DNA of 64,000 bases, from positions 114,886,001 to 114,950,000 of the forward strand of contig OX597815.1 in the NCBI GenBank assembly GCA_951406725.2. The letters are read 5' to 3'. The notes below the pieces were generated by a model. It saw only the letters and a list, made by a program, of their open reading frames with translations. It was not told where the DNA came from and searched no databases. The stretch's first letter is position 1; every line of letters starts with the position of its first letter. Positions 1 to 13,889 of the stretch are shown in pieces. The DNA comes from Octopus vulgaris (Eukaryota). The translations under genes and the position numbers were made by a program.

Positions 1-194
1 TATTTTATCAACCCTGAGAGGATGAAAGGCAAAGTCAATCTTGGTTGAATTTGAACAAGGATTTTGAAATTTGTACTTGAGGGTTAAGTATTGTGAGAAG
101 AGACCCTGTGAGACCTTTCCCAACAGGTTGTTGCCTATGCTTACAGGATTAGCTGGAGAAAGTAAAATCAGGAGCTTTGAGAAGTAAAATGGAA

Positions 195-450
195 ATAATA
201 ATAATGATAGTGATTGGCACATTTGGAAGTATCATCATTCAACTATCAACATAGCTCAAAAAGATTGGTACAAATGTGAAAATAGAAAACCTACAAAAAT
301 CATTATTGCTTGGAACTGCAAGAGTTCTCTGCAGGGTTCTTGAAGCATGACCAGTAAACAAGTGTCACCTTAGTCTGCTGGTTGTTGACAGCAGACACTT
401 TCCACAATGCCTAGCAAAATAAGCTGAGAGTTTTTTTCTAATAATAATAA
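195..450 (+). mobile_element. 3' fragment of a restriction-like-endonuclease (R4/Dong-type) non-LTR element
   Basis: Translates ...VIGTFG...LQKSLLLGTARVLCRVLEA*. Bounded by (TAA)n on both sides. Confidence 0.7.
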
Positions 451-1610
451 TATTTCAAGGAGACACGCTCTCTCCACTCCTTTTCTGCTTGGCACTGACA
501 CCTTTAGCTGACATGCTAAATAGAATTGGATGTGGATACAACTGTTATGGCAAAGCAATCAACCATCTCTTGTATCTGGATAATCTAAAACTGTATGCTA
601 CAAATGCTAAACAGCTGGAAACATTACTACAGATAGTACATGGATTTACCAAAAAAATAAACATGCAATTTGGCTTAGAAAAATGTCTCAAAGCAACCCT
701 GAAAAGAGGAAACTAGTTAAGAGTAACAATAGCACTCTAGATAAAACAAATGAAATACAAAAATTAGACCAAAGCCAGATATACAAATACTTAGGAATGA
801 ATGAGCTAGATACAATACAACACACACAAATGAAAGAGAAGATAAGAAAGGAATACTATAGATAAGTTAGATCAATAATGAAAACAGCTCAATGAGAAAA
901 ACAAGATAATAGATATCAACACTCTAGACAGGAAAACAAGAAAAATAATGACAGGATTTAGAATGCACCACCCAAAATCTGAAAGGCTATATGCTAGGAT
1001 GCACCACCCAAAATAGAAAGGCTGTATATACAATGTATCAAAGGTGGTAGAGGCCTTATACAGCTATAGATCTATTATAAAACACCACCATTGGACTACA
1101 GAAATATCTACTTCAGAAGCAAGGAAAACTAATACAAATAGCTACAAAACATGAACAAAACAAAAAACTGTTTTCTGTCTTTAAGGAAGGTGACAAATAT
1201 GAAAATACCAAGAAAAGAATGCTTTCTCATCAATGTATCAATACCAACAGGTGACAATGTTTCTCTAAAAGAAATGGAGAAACTTTCAAAGTACAAAGAT
1301 CTGGAAATAGAGGTAACATGAATGTGGAGCCTAAAAACAGAAACAATTCCTATCATAGTAGGTGCATTAGGTATGATAAAAAACATTCGGACAAATACAT
1401 AACAAAAACACCAGGGCTACAAGTATATATAACATAGAGAAAATAGCACTACTAGGCACTGCACGCCTAAAACACTTCCAATACAGTGAAAATAACAGCA
1501 TCACAACAAACCACAGCACATACCCGAAGCATACAGAGCTGCGCTCATTAGTGCAGTGAAAGCACATGATAAAAATAAGACTGCTAATTAATAATAATAA
1601 TAATAATAAT
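451..1610 (+). mobile_element. 5'-truncated, degenerate R4/Dong-like non-LTR retrotransposon (RT plus REL endonuclease)
   Basis: RT motifs IFQGDTLSPLLFCLALTPL, INHLLYLDNLKLYA, MQFGLEKC, YKYLG and GGRGL. REL C-terminus KYKDLEIEV...LKTETIPIIVGALG. Frameshifts and stops present; (TAA)n tail. Confidence 0.88.
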
Positions 1611-1823
1611 CCTTTCTACTAATGGCACAAGGCCTGAAATTTTGGGGGAGGAGGAAAGTCAATTACATCGACCCCAGTACTTGACTAGTGCTAAATTTAT
1701 TGACCCTGAAAGGATGAAAGGCAAAGTTTACTTTGATAGAATTTGAACTCAGAACATAAAGATGGATGAAATGCTGCTAAACATTTACCCCAGCATGCTG
1801 ACAATTCTGCCAGCTCACCACCT
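1611..1823 (-). mobile_element. tRNA-derived SINE family A (other copies about 1-60, 6816-7022, 12262-12465, 17850-18060, 21350-21783 x2, 32138-32340, 57005-57220, 57383-57828 x2)
   Basis: Minus strand shows A-box-like GAGCTGGCAGAAT, B box GAGTTCAAAT and core TTTGCCTTTCATCCTTTCAGGGTCAATAAA. Many dispersed copies in the window. Confidence 0.88.
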
Positions 1824-1844
1824 TAATAAAAATAATAATAATAA

Positions 1845-1875
<31 letters not shown>

Positions 1876-2139
1876 AATGATTTCTTTTATTGGCCACAAG
1901 AGCCCAAGACATGGAGGACAATATCGCAGAATGAGTTACAGCACAAAAGAAATTACACAAAAACATGTGGGGTTAACATCAATCAAAGAGAGATACTACC
2001 ACATTAGAGGATATAACAGAGGATATATAATAGAAAGTAGAGAAATAGATAATATATAAATAAATAGATTTCCCAATAATGGGGCAGTTCACTTAAGGTA
2101 ATCTGAGGTAAACCCCACACAAAAATCCTGGTTCACTCT

Positions 2140-2608
2140 GCCTGAGGACATGATTAAGTTTGCAAGGAATGAAGCCAGTATGCTCCGCTGGATGTGTAAT
2201 GTCAGTGTGCATACACGACAGAGTGTAAGTGCCTTGAGAGAAAAGTTAGACCTAAGAAGCATCAGATGTTGTGTGCATGAGATATGACTGCACTGGTATG
2301 GACATGTGGTGCGAATGGATGAGGATAGCTGTGTGAAAAAGTACCATACCCTAGCGGTTGAGGGAACCTGTGGAAGAGGTAGACCCAGGAAGACCTGGGA
2401 TGAGGTGGTGAAGTATGACCTTTGAACATAAGGCCTCACCAAGGCAATGACTAGCGACCAAGACCTTTGGAAATATGCTGTGCTTGAGAGAACCCGACAA
2501 ACCAAGTGAGACCATAACCCGTGGCCTATGCCAGCGGTGTAACCAACCTACTTATGTGTTGTCTGTGAAGACCTGTTGAGGCAAGTGAAATCACAATCAA
2601 AATCAAAA
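2140..2608 (+). mobile_element. RTE LINE 3' fragment
   Basis: RNEASMLRWMC...GRGRPRKTW with stops. Same family as 13890-15326. Confidence 0.9.
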
Positions 2609-2960
2609 ATGCTTAAAATGATAGGGTGGATTTAAAGAAAATTTGGATGATGTTTTTAATGGTTGATTGACTATAAAGAGGCTCTTTTGATAGAAAATCT
2701 AGTTATACTACTCCATTATAGCCTGGAAAATCTAATTCATATTCTTCGAATTCAATCAGTAAGTGTGAATATGCAAAACTTTTCTAAAATTCAGCATTTA
2801 ACTTTTTACTTTTGTTGTTCTAAATCCAAATAGTGAGCTAGTTTCTATGTTAGAGCCTCATTCCAAAATTAGTCCTTTCTTTATAGGAAAGATTCAAAAA
2901 ATTAAAAAGAGATATACATATATGTATATGTACAAAGGAAGTAAAGAAACAAATAATTAC

Positions 2961-3205
2961 CAGAGTTTTTAAGTCCGATTCTTTCATTTCTAAAAACTTT
3001 TTATATGTATTAAAACCCTTTTGCACAACCCTGTTAGCAAACTCTTCTGAAAAGCACATCTGTTCAAGTTCAGTGAAAATCCGTTTTTCAGCGCCATATA
3101 AATTGATGCCCTGAAAACAGATGCAGCTTCCCCCGTGGTTGTCAATGATTAGAAGCTGCCAAAAACGGGAGCTGTCGGAGAAGCCATCAAAGATCTGAGC
3201 TTTTC
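2961..3205 (-). CDS. Exon N (last visible); KAQIFDGFSDSSRFWQLLIIDNHGGSCICFQGINLYG (end of discoidin domain), then AEKRIFTELEQMCFSEEFANRVVQKGFNTYKKFLEMKESDLKTL (SAM-like N-terminal part)
   Basis: Boundaries tcag|GAAAAG...ACTCTG|gtaat; 245 nt; phase 1 to 0. RFW.L.I...HGG..C...I.LYG is the F5/8C C-terminal pattern; GF......L.M.E.DL..L is a SAM pattern. Confidence 0.9.
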
Positions 3206-4799
3206 CTGAATTGAATGAAAAATAAAAAATATATCAAACATGTGGATGGTCTTTCTTTATAATTTATTTACAAAATTGTTACATTTTTCACAGATAATGC
3301 TGATTTACTAGATAACAAAGAAGTCTTGTCTCACTAAAGAACAATAATGGTCCTGTAGCAGGAATATTCAACAATCACCTGATGTTACAATTTACTAAAA
3401 TATTACTCGCATAATCAACAAAATTTGGCCATTCATGACTTCACATGAAACTGGCTCCAGCAACAGTACCAACTTTTTGCACCTTTCTCTTTGAGCCTAT
3501 CTAGCAGCATAAATTCAGCACACTACAAAATAGAGAGCATTGAGAGACAGCTTAGCATTTAGCATGTGAGACAGTGAAGAGGAGACATCAGACTGGACAC
3601 AGGAGACAGTAGCAGAGCAGCAGCTGACACCACAAGCTAATGAACAATAGGTAACTGTAACACAATAACCAGCAGTCAACCTTTTGACTGCTGCTTCAGC
3701 CACATCAACCCCAAAACTATTATCTCCAAACTCTCATGACATTTTGTCAATCATAGTAACAACTATATTTGTTTTTGTGTATGAAAAGAATAAAAAATTT
3801 TGTGCATCAAAAATTGCAACAGACTTCAGTCTTCTACCTATAGTTCTTATATTGTGATATGAAGATGTTAGAAACATGAAATTGTTATGATCAAGTTAAT
3901 ACTAAAGTGCCACTATTTTCTTTTAATTTCTTTTTTTACTACTTTCAGTTTTTGGCTAGTGAACATCTTGATGGAACTACCTTTGAAGTTTTTAATTGGT
4001 TATGTAAAACCCAAGTATTTTGTCAAGTATTTATTTTATCAATTCTGGAAGAAAAAAGGCAAAACTGACCTGAATGGAATTTTAACACAAAATATAAAAG
4101 GGATATGTGTGTGTGTGTCTACGTTTACAGTCTTCCCTGATAATCCTTCTTGGTAGCATATCATCATCATTGTCATCATCATCATCATCATCATTTTAAC
4201 ACCTACTTTTTAACCATGCATGGGTTGCATGGAATTTATTGGGACAGATTTTTTACTGTTGGATGCCTTTCCTGTCACCAACCTTCACATGTTTCCAAGC
4301 AAGTTAATATTTCCTCCATGGTAAAACATGGAAGACTGGAAACTAACAACCTGGCTTATATGAAGATAATGCTCATTTACAACCATCACATGCTATCTAA
4401 ACAAAGGTACACACACACACACATATACATATATAAATATTACATTCCTTATCATGTTATCTAATCATGCTTCTTTGGCAATATCCTGCATTTATATTAT
4501 GACCTTCAAATCTCAAGGGTATGCCCTGGCACTTACTGCCATCTGTATATCTCTCTTCCATTACTCGACCATCCCATTTATGTTCTAATCCCAGTCCCTT
4601 GTGAGCATGCCTGGCACTTTGCCACCATCTCTATCCTGCTGTCTTTCAATTTCTCTCTCCTTCTCCTGCACTTCCCTCAGGTTGGGTAACCATATATCTC
4701 CTTTGTGGTAGCATACCGGTTTCTATCTTCATTCCTGATCTCTCTCTCTCTCTCTCTGCCTTTGGCTGGATAATCTTGTACCTCCTCTACAGCAAGACA

Positions 4800-5880
4800 C
4801 TCAAGGCTTCATCATCTGGCACAAGATTACCTCCTCCAATGCCTCCTCCCCTCTCAAAAGATTTTGTTTTTGTGTTGCAAGGTACTTGGTGACCCTGTCA
4901 GTGCAGGTGCCACTTAAAAAGCATCCAGTCCACACTGTAAAGTGATTGGTGTGTGGAAGGGCATCCAGCTGTAAAAACCTTGCCAAAAATGACCTCACCT
5001 GTGCTTGTGCCACGTATAAAGCACTGAGTCCACTTTGTTGAGTGGTTGGTGTTAGGAAGGGCATCCAGATGTAAAAATCCTGCCAAAACAGTTACAGAAG
5101 TCTGGTGCCTAAAACAATAATGAGCCGGCTGCGCTGCTATGGTCATGTGGCGAGAATGGATGAGGATAGCTGTGTGAAAAAGTGTCACACCCTAGTGGTT
5201 GAGGGAACCTGTGGAAGAGGTAGACACAGGAAGACCTGGGATGAAATGATGAAGCATGACCTTCGAACATTAGGCCTCACCGAGGCAATGACTAGTGACT
5301 GAGACCTTTGGAAATATGTTGTGCTTGAGAAGACCCGGCAAGCCAAGTGAGACCATAACCTCGTGGCCTATGCCAGGAGTGTAACCAGCCCACTTATGTG
5401 TATCTTTCCTTCATTGGACACTAAACTCTGCTTGCAAAGACCTGTTGAGGCAAGTGAAATCAAAATCAAATCCAATGACTGGCATCCATGCTAGTGGAGC
5501 GCTAAGAGCACCATCCGAGGATCATCTGGCTTCCGTGCCAGTGGCACATAAAAAGCACCATTCAAGCGTGATTGTTACCAGCATCGCCTTACTGGCATGT
5601 GATTAAACATTCGAGTGAGGTTGTTGCCAGTGCTGCTGGACTGGCTCCTGTGCAGGTGACACATAAAAAACACTTTTTGAGCGTGGCTTTTGCTAGTACC
5701 GCCTGACTGGCCTTTGTGCCGGTGGTACATAAAAGCACCCAATACATTCTCAAAGTGGTTGGCATCGGGAAGGACATCCTGCCGTGGAAACTCTGTCATC
5801 TGGTTCGCTGGTCCTCAGTCAAATCGTCCAACCCCTGCTAGCATGGAAAGCAGACATTAAATGGTGATGATAATGATATC
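4800..5880 (+). mobile_element. Cluster of RTE-derived 3' fragments (ORF end 5120-5350 plus repetitive 3' UTR and (TGA)n tail)
   Basis: RLRCYGHVARMDEDSCVKKC...; terminal motif CCAACCCxTGCTAGCATGGAAA...TGATGA. Confidence 0.85.
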
Positions 5881-6019
5881 ATTAATCTAATTAATCTCAG
5901 ATCAATCTTTTGTGATTAAACATTTGATAAAACTTCTCCCAAATGATGCTAAAATAGATTTAAGTTTTTAAAACATTAATACCCTTTTGATTATTAATAT
6001 ATTTTATCTTATTACTCAC

Positions 6020-6087
6020 CTGGGTCCTTAGGGTCACTACTACCTTCTGATTTACAGGCAAAATGAACTACAGTTGACCAGGGGCCT
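6020..6087 (-). CDS. Exon M; GPWSTVVHFACKSEGSSDPKDP(G)
   Basis: Boundaries acag|AGGCCC...ACCCAG|gtgag; 68 nt; phase 2 to 1. Carries the conserved W..V of F5/8C. Confidence 0.9.
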
Positions 6088-7049
6088 CTGTAAAAGATAA
6101 ATAATACATATCAATATATAAAAATATAGTTACATACACACACTAAAGGCTGAACCTCATGGAAGAAGTGACAAAAACTACAACAAAAGATGAGAAACCC
6201 TGCTGAAATTGTCTGTCCAGCTTATGTTAAGCATGGAAAAGTAGACATAAATTGATACTGATGATCATCACAATAATTTCAATTTAATAAATGTAATTCC
6301 AAGTGTGGTGTCAGTGGATAATTCACCATTTGTGTCATGTGCTCAGTATATTAGCAGAACATATTAAATAAATAGTCCTATCAAGAAGTGACACCAAACC
6401 TTAGAATGATCTAATCAGATTGTATCAAAGATGTTTAGTTGCTATTATCTCTTGTTGCTAAATGGAACATTATTTATTGATGCTATGAAGCTACTGCAAG
6501 AATAGTCAAACCAAGTTTTGTTTACCTTGAGTTTAGGCCATTTGGGTCTTGTATAATGTTAATAAATTGACTGTCGTAGGTCCTGGCTTTGCCAGGTCCT
6601 GTCGAGCTGTCTAACCCATGTTAGCATGGAAACACAAAACACTAAATGTTGATGATGATGATGAAGCCATTCTCAATTTTGAGCATTCAAATGAATGCCA
6701 CCACATTCAGTGTCCAAGCAATTATAGGTAATAATACAAGAGAACCAAAGCCCACAAATCAAGGATCAAAACTGATATATGCCACACTACTAATATGATT
6801 ATTAGTTGACATATAAAGGTGATAAGCTCACAGAATTGTTAGCATGCTGGAAAAAATGCTTAGTGGCATTTCATCCATCTTTACATTCTGAGTTCAAATT
6901 CTGTCACGGTTGACTTAGCTTTTCATCAATCAAATAAACACCAGTTAAGTACTGGGGTTGATGTAATCGACTGCCTTTTCTCTTCCAAAATTTCTGATCT
7001 TGTGTCTAGAGTAGAAAGGATTATTAGTTGACATATAAGTAGTGTAGCA

Positions 7050-7704
7050 CAGTGCTTCTCAAACAATCTGATGTGGCATACCGGCAGTTATTTTTTTTTC
7101 CAATGTGCCTGTGCCAGAGACTGGTAATATTTCTTAGTAACATCAATTTATACCAGAAACATCATCATCATCATCATCGTTTAATGTCCGCTTTCCAAGC
7201 TAGCATGGGTTGGACGATTTGTCTGAGGACTGGCAAACCAGACGGCTGCACCAGGCTCCAATCTGATCTGGCAGAGTTTCTACAGTTGGATGCCCTTCCT
7301 AACGCCAACCATTCCGAGAGTGTATGGGTGGCTTTACGTGCCACCAGCACAAGGGCCAGTCAGGCAGTACTGCCAACGGTCATGCTCAAATGGTGTTTTT
7401 TATGTGCCACCCGCACAGGAGCCAGTCCAGCGGTACTGGCAACAACCTCACTCGAACGTTTTTTGATGTGCTACCAGCATTTTTGTGCCACCGGCATGGA
7501 AGCCAGTCAATGAATATAATAAAAGTTGACAAGTATTTTTATCGTATATTTATTTTGTAAACATATAATACAATATTACATAAGCATTTTATAATATTTC
7601 TTTCTTTTCTGGAAACTTGCTGCTTACCAGCAGCAGATGGCTCATGGACTGGTGCCAGTTCATGAACCAGCACCGGTCCATGGATTACCACTTGAAGTAG
7701 CACA
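7050..7704. mobile_element. hAT-like MITE interrupted by an RTE 3' UTR fragment (7160-7510, minus strand)
   Basis: Left end CAGTGCTTCTCAAAC; degenerate right end ...CCACTTGAAGTAGCAC, similar to MER5/Charlie ends. No clean 8-bp TSD seen. Confidence 0.5.
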
Positions 7705-7725
7705 CTCTGGTGCAAGTATTCTGGT

Positions 7726-7953
7726 TTAACCCTTTAGTGCTCAGATTATTCTGTCAAATGTGATGTTTGTTTATTTAAAATGGTTTGAATTAATCATGCA
7801 TTATCTTGTAGTTTAGAGATTTCAGTGATGTGATTTTTTAGTTTTAGAATGACATGGTAGGGCTGAGGTTAGAGGCGAGAACTGGTCAGTTTCAATATAA
7901 AACAGGTTAAATATTTTGGCCGGATATGGCCGGTTTGAATGCTAAAGGATTAA
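7726..7953. mobile_element. piggyBac-like MITE (family also at 12586-12790 partial, 20514-20740, 24800-24983, 28461-28687)
   Basis: TTAA|CCCTTTAG...CTAAAGG(A/G)|TTAA; about 225 bp; multiple copies. Confidence 0.85.
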
Positions 7954-8183
7954 GGAAGAGAATTTCTTGTCTTCTTCTCACCAGTTGCAGAGACACTGAC
8001 AAGAGCCAAGCATTGCTCTTCCTACCTCTGCCTTAAAAAAAAAAATCTAGTTCAATGCCTAAGAATAATTTACAAATGCTACTGATCAGTAATTTTATAT
8101 TCAGAAATGTTCAGAGCAACAAATATTGTTATAAAAAATACCAGTCAATTCCCATTTCATTATGGTGAAACATTTCAACTTAC

Positions 8184-8237
8184 TCAATTGTATAGCCTTT
8201 CCGTAGTTCAAAATTTTTGACCATATTTGGACTGTCC
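8184..8237 (-). CDS. Exon L; DSPNMVKNFELRKGYTI(E)
   Basis: Boundaries tcag|GGACAG...ATTGA|gtaag; 54 nt; phase 2 to 2. VK.F.L strand of F5/8C. Confidence 0.88.
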
Positions 8238-9585
8238 CTGAAAAATATTAGAAATATTCTGTACTTATTACAAAAAAAAAGAGTAAACTAAAGATGCTGC
8301 ATCACAAAACAAATCAGAAAATTCATGACACACCAAGATATGTTTCAGTTCAGTAAATAAAATATTGACCAAAGTTTGTTCTTTGTTCAGAACTGCAGTG
8401 ACATAAAAAGAACCACAGCATCAAGTGTTTAAAAAAAAATGTAACTAGACTTATCTAAAACTGTTTTAATGCAATAATAGAAAATCTAACTGAGAAAGAT
8501 GGATCTTGGTTCATAAGGCATCATGTTTAAAGCTGAAACTTATATGACACATAAACACACTCAAACAGGAATAATTTTCTATTTGTTTTTTACTGCATGT
8601 ATGAGTGCTGCTTTCATCATGTAGTATTATTATACATATTTTGGTACAGAATTTATCAGGAAAGTCATGATTAAATGAACAATTTTACTTCACAGAATCA
8701 CAAAACTGATCACTGTTTGAGGTCAGTAAATAAAATATGGATAAAAATTTGTTCTACTTTGTTCAAAAGTAGAGTGGCATGAAAGAGCCGCAATATTAAG
8801 GAATAAAAAGAAATGAAAATTTCATTTGGTAAACTGTTAATAATGGTGAATCTGATGGAGAATTGGGTTATGGTTGCTTAAGGTGTTCTTTCAACAACAA
8901 TCCTATAACTTATACACAAAAGAAATATGTTTTAATCAGTCATCTGCTACCAATGTGCAAAAGATATATTTATGGAGTTGGTTAATACTCAGGTGGGTTT
9001 CTATACACAGTTGCTACACAGCATATTTACCTGAAGTCCTATGATCTAAAAGAAAGCAATTTAATAATATACATAAAAACAGAACAAAGAAGTCCCTTAT
9101 CAGAATTCTGGGATGTTAGGGAACATGTTAGAACTTTTTACAACACAATGTAATTTAGTTGTATTTGGCTAGACTAGCAGTAAATAGAATTGATTAGGAT
9201 CAATCAAAGAAGTAAATTTCTTTTAAAATATAACAATTTTGAAAATTTAGCAAGTATAGACAGATGTTAAAAAAAGTAAATAAATAAATGCAGAACTGTT
9301 TGATTTGGAAAGGTTTCAATTATTGGAATGGATGTAAAAAAATTAAACAATAAAATACATTTAAATTGAATAACTTTAATAAAAATCTGATATCTGCCTT
9401 TTCTCAATAAAATTATTTTGGTTTGGTATGAAATTAGGGTAATTATTCAATAAATTTGATTAAAAAGAAAATTCTTTCTACTTTCTAAATTTCATCTAGG
9501 TCAAAACTTTTAAAGGTGTTTTTAGGTGCTATATGGAATGTATATATGTATACATACAGACACACACACAAATACATATGTATGT

Positions 9586-9750
<165 letters not shown>

Positions 9751-12700
9751 GCATGTATGTATACATATGTGTGTGTATATAGATGAATGTGTATGCAATT
9801 TTGAATTTGATATATTTAACTAAGCAAGTGAGATATTTTAAATAGGTAAAATGTTACAATGAAAACATACATGGATATGACAACAATAATTGAAAGATTT
9901 TACTGTACAATAACAATGAATCTCCATGTCAAACAGAATACTAGGATGACAAATGACAAACTTATGAAAAGAAATGTTGCATCATGACATAAAAAAACAA
10001 AACAAAAAACAGGATGTTGGTATTCAGAGATGACAACACCAAAAATAGGCATGCACCATTTGAATAACATTATATAGACAACAAAAAACATGGATTTTAT
10101 TCTCTATATGCAGATAAGCTGCCAAATCCACCTGCATATCAATAAGCTGCCTATTTCATTCACATGCTGGATTCATTTACATTGATATAAAGTGCTTGTC
10201 TCATCTACATAAAAATGGGCAGAATAATTCACCTGCAATTCACCTATATAAGAGATAAGCTACATAATCCACCCATATAAAGAAGGAGAAACAGTTCCTT
10301 AGAATTCTCCTGCAATATTGTACTGATTAAAATAAAGAAGATTTAAGATCTTTAGTGAAGTCTAATATAATTAAAGGTGAATTAAGGTAGTCATAAGATT
10401 ATTAGTAAAGAACTAACAGATGTATGTCTATTTAAATAATTATTTCTACTTTCATTTACACTCTCTTTTAAAATACATTACTTACACACACATATGTAAT
10501 AAAGGTGCCCCTAGGCAGTTGTTCTGTCTGCCAGAAATAGTAAACAAATCTCTCTTAAATCCAAACAGCTGTCTTAAAATGTATAATTAATAAAAAAAAT
10601 AAGGATAGGGTGGTCATAACTGGCATGTCTTTCATCATAGGTCTACTCAGCCAAGCCACATTTTTATCAACAACACACATCATTAACTTTCTACAACTTA
10701 ATTATTCATTTCTCAATCTATTTCTAATTATTCTAACACTATCAAGCTGCTGCCCAAAACTTTATTCTGAATCACACATGATGTGACATAAATAAATCAT
10801 TAGAAGAACTACATCAAAGTCTGCTTGATAAAGACATGTTTTATCATAAACAGCCCTAAATATAAGGAGAGAAAGTAGAAGTAAAAAGAATAGGTGATGC
10901 TTAGTCTTTTAACTTTTTGTGTCATTAGGGCACTACTAAAGATTTAATCTTTATGTTCTGATACAAAGGATGATGTACTGGGGAAGTATTTCATTGCTTT
11001 ATCCATTCTCACAGCAGGATTTAACTCCAGTACTGCAACATAACAATAATAAAGAGTTCCTTATACTTACAAGGATGAACTGTACTTACTAATGGTGCCT
11101 ATCATTTACATTTAGGTAGACTGAACTAGCAAGCTTCAAGTGTTAGGTGTAGAGGAAATTGTTCACAGCTCAGTTCTGGTCACAGGATACAAACCAACAA
11201 ACCAGTCAAAGTATATTTTAGGTCAATGCTTTACTGACCCAGTCAGCTGTAACTCCAAAGTACAGGTGGAATATAACATACAAATAACTATATAGGAGGT
11301 GGACAATGCAACTATTTGGGACAGAAAATCTTATCAAGTGTAGGAAAATGGACAACATTGAGATATGGGTTAAGAAAGGAAGTTACTGATTATGTTGGAC
11401 GTGGACTAAATATCAAACACTCACCTGCTGACCAAAAACAGCTAGTGTTCTCTATCATCTGTTAATAATTATAGTAAGTACTAACATTTTATAAATCAGC
11501 ACCGACAATCTCGGTCACAGGTAAAGTTGGAAATATTACACTAAGAGATTTTTCATGGGAAACATCAACAATATAGGCATTAACCAAATATTTTGAGTCT
11601 AGCAAGCCACTACTATATTTTAATTTTCCAAATAAATTAATAAGTACAAAATAAATAAAATAAGTGAAACAAATTGGGATTTTTAGCTTTTATGCACTTC
11701 ACATCATATTTGTAGCATGCATACTTTTATTTAACATTGCTCTGCAAATGAACATTAAGTCCAAATCTATTAAGGCCTATGGCAGGGGAAATAAAAAAGG
11801 AGATCAAATGTGTTGATACTTAAATTGCTTTAGAGAAGAATTCATTTCAGTTATTCTATTAAACACAGACACATCAAAGGATTGGCAAGGTTGGATGACT
11901 TTTTGGTAAAATGGATGCCTATATATTCATGCAATCTATTTCTGATATAAAGCTGAAATAAGTTGATAATCTCAAAACAAAATTTTATTTTTGTATGTCA
12001 AATCTAAAACTATCTGTAACACATCATGGAACTTCAAATTATCACATCTGAAATATTTTTGTCAGAAAATGCAACACATATTTCAAGGAGGACAATAAAG
12101 AAGAACTAATACAGGTAAAAATTTCAGGTTATTTATGTTTATCTTGTGTGAAAGAACTTCTTTGTTGTTGCTCAACCCACTCAGTATAGTAACCAAATTT
12201 CTCTTAAACTCTTTACATATTTGAAAAAGGGTACCTTATGTTTTATGTAACGAGAAATATTGGTTTCAAATTTTGATACAAGGCCAGAAATTTCAAGGAA
12301 GAGGCTAAGTTTATTATACCGACCCCAGTGCTCAACTGGTACTTATTTTATCAACCCTGGAAAGATGAAAGGCAAAGTTGACCTTGGCAGAATTTGAACT
12401 CAGAACATAAAGACGGACAAACATTTTGCTCAGCATGCTAATAATTTTGCCAGCTCACTGCCCTATATGTAACTAAATATTAAGACAGTATATATATTCT
12501 GCAAGGACAACAAGCAAGTTTGCCAAGGTTAAAAGTATTGATTGAAAGCTTTGATTCATCAGTTAACATCCATATTATAAAACTATTAACCCTTTAGCAT
12601 TTAAACTGGCCATATTCAGCCCATATATTCTTTTGCAATTTATGTTCAATCTGACCAGATCTGGCCTCTTACACCTACCCAGTAATGTCATTCTAAAAAT

Positions 12701-13242
12701 AAACAGTTGCATCATGAAGAACTCAAACTTATTAGATAGTGCATGATTAACTGAAAAGAAGATGAAAAAGTAAGTTTTAAATTTGACAGAGAAATATGAA
12801 TGCAGCAGAGTTGACTGAGGCTGCATAACAACAATAGTAACAATAGTTCCTGTCAAAGTATCTACACAACATTGAGATAGTTGTTGAAGCCTAAAATTTA
12901 GATCTTGGCTAGAGCAACTATACAGTTACTTCTTAGAGGATGTTACAAATTACACCCATGTTTCGTTAATAGATTAACCAGGAACTCATTCAAATATTGG
13001 TACCCTTATCTTCTAAATACAAAAGGTGTTATGTTTGACATTTTTATAAATCATAATAAAGATATTTTACATTGACTGTGAAGATGGTATCGATTAAACA
13101 ACATTCCTTGGGTCAATATTCTTCATCTAGATGCCATTCCTAATGCTTTTGCACATTTAATCACTTCTGAACATTTTGTTCATTGGATCCATAAATATGT
13201 CTCTGTTGCTGAAATCGTGTCAATGTAAAGACACATGGGAAT

Positions 13243-13287
<45 letters not shown>

Positions 13288-13701
13288 TATATGAGAGGTA
13301 TTGGTATCCAGAAGACCCAAGGTGGAAGGTAATGGTATGTAAGTGATATGGACGGACCGTAATTAAACTCTCAGTTTGATAACGATACAAGTGAGGAGTC
13401 TAATGTGGGTCTTGTATGAGTATGTATATGTTAAATAGAATGGGACAACAAAGCCAAGGGTGTGTGGAATTTTCAGGACATTTATAAAGAGAAAGTTAGA
13501 AAGTTGTGTTGGATATGGCCTGTTTAAATGCTAATGGGTTAATAGTTTTATAACATGGATGTTAACTGATGAACTGAAGCTTTCAATCAACACGTTTAAC
13601 CTTTCTCTTTATAAATGTCCTGAAAATACCACACAGCCTTAGCTTTATTGTCTCATTCTATTCAACACACACACATATATGTATATATGCACACACACAC
13701 A

Positions 13702-13751
<50 letters not shown>

Positions 13752-13889
13752 TGTGATTACCGTGACCGACCAGGCTATCAGATGTTGCTACACATCGCTG
13801 GTCACAATGCACTTCACATTGTTTTAGCCTTCAAATGACACCACACCGCAGGCTAAGCGAGTAGGCCAATATATATATATATATATATA

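Noticed and set aside
2850-2960. Read-through of exon N to a stop at 2850 as the gene's 3' end
   Set aside because: The SAM domain would be incomplete. A phase-0 GTAAT donor follows DLKTL and the downstream sequence is intron-like.
5500-5760. Regularly spaced GTGGCACATAAAAAGCACC repeats, superficially CRISPR-like (also 20850-21080, 32890-33150)
   Set aside because: They are subrepeats of the RTE 3' UTR. The spacers are related to each other, the context is eukaryotic and there are no cas genes.
7052-7513. 153-aa ORF and similar ORFs (13941-14276, 31461-31838, 45482-45904)
   Set aside because: These are chance frames through RTE 3' UTR or SINE repeats.
11425-11458. 34-nt pseudo-exon with a CAG|GTGAGT donor
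   Set aside because: The pyrimidine tract is poor, and inclusion creates TGA at the junction and a frameshift. Exons K and L already join perfectly.
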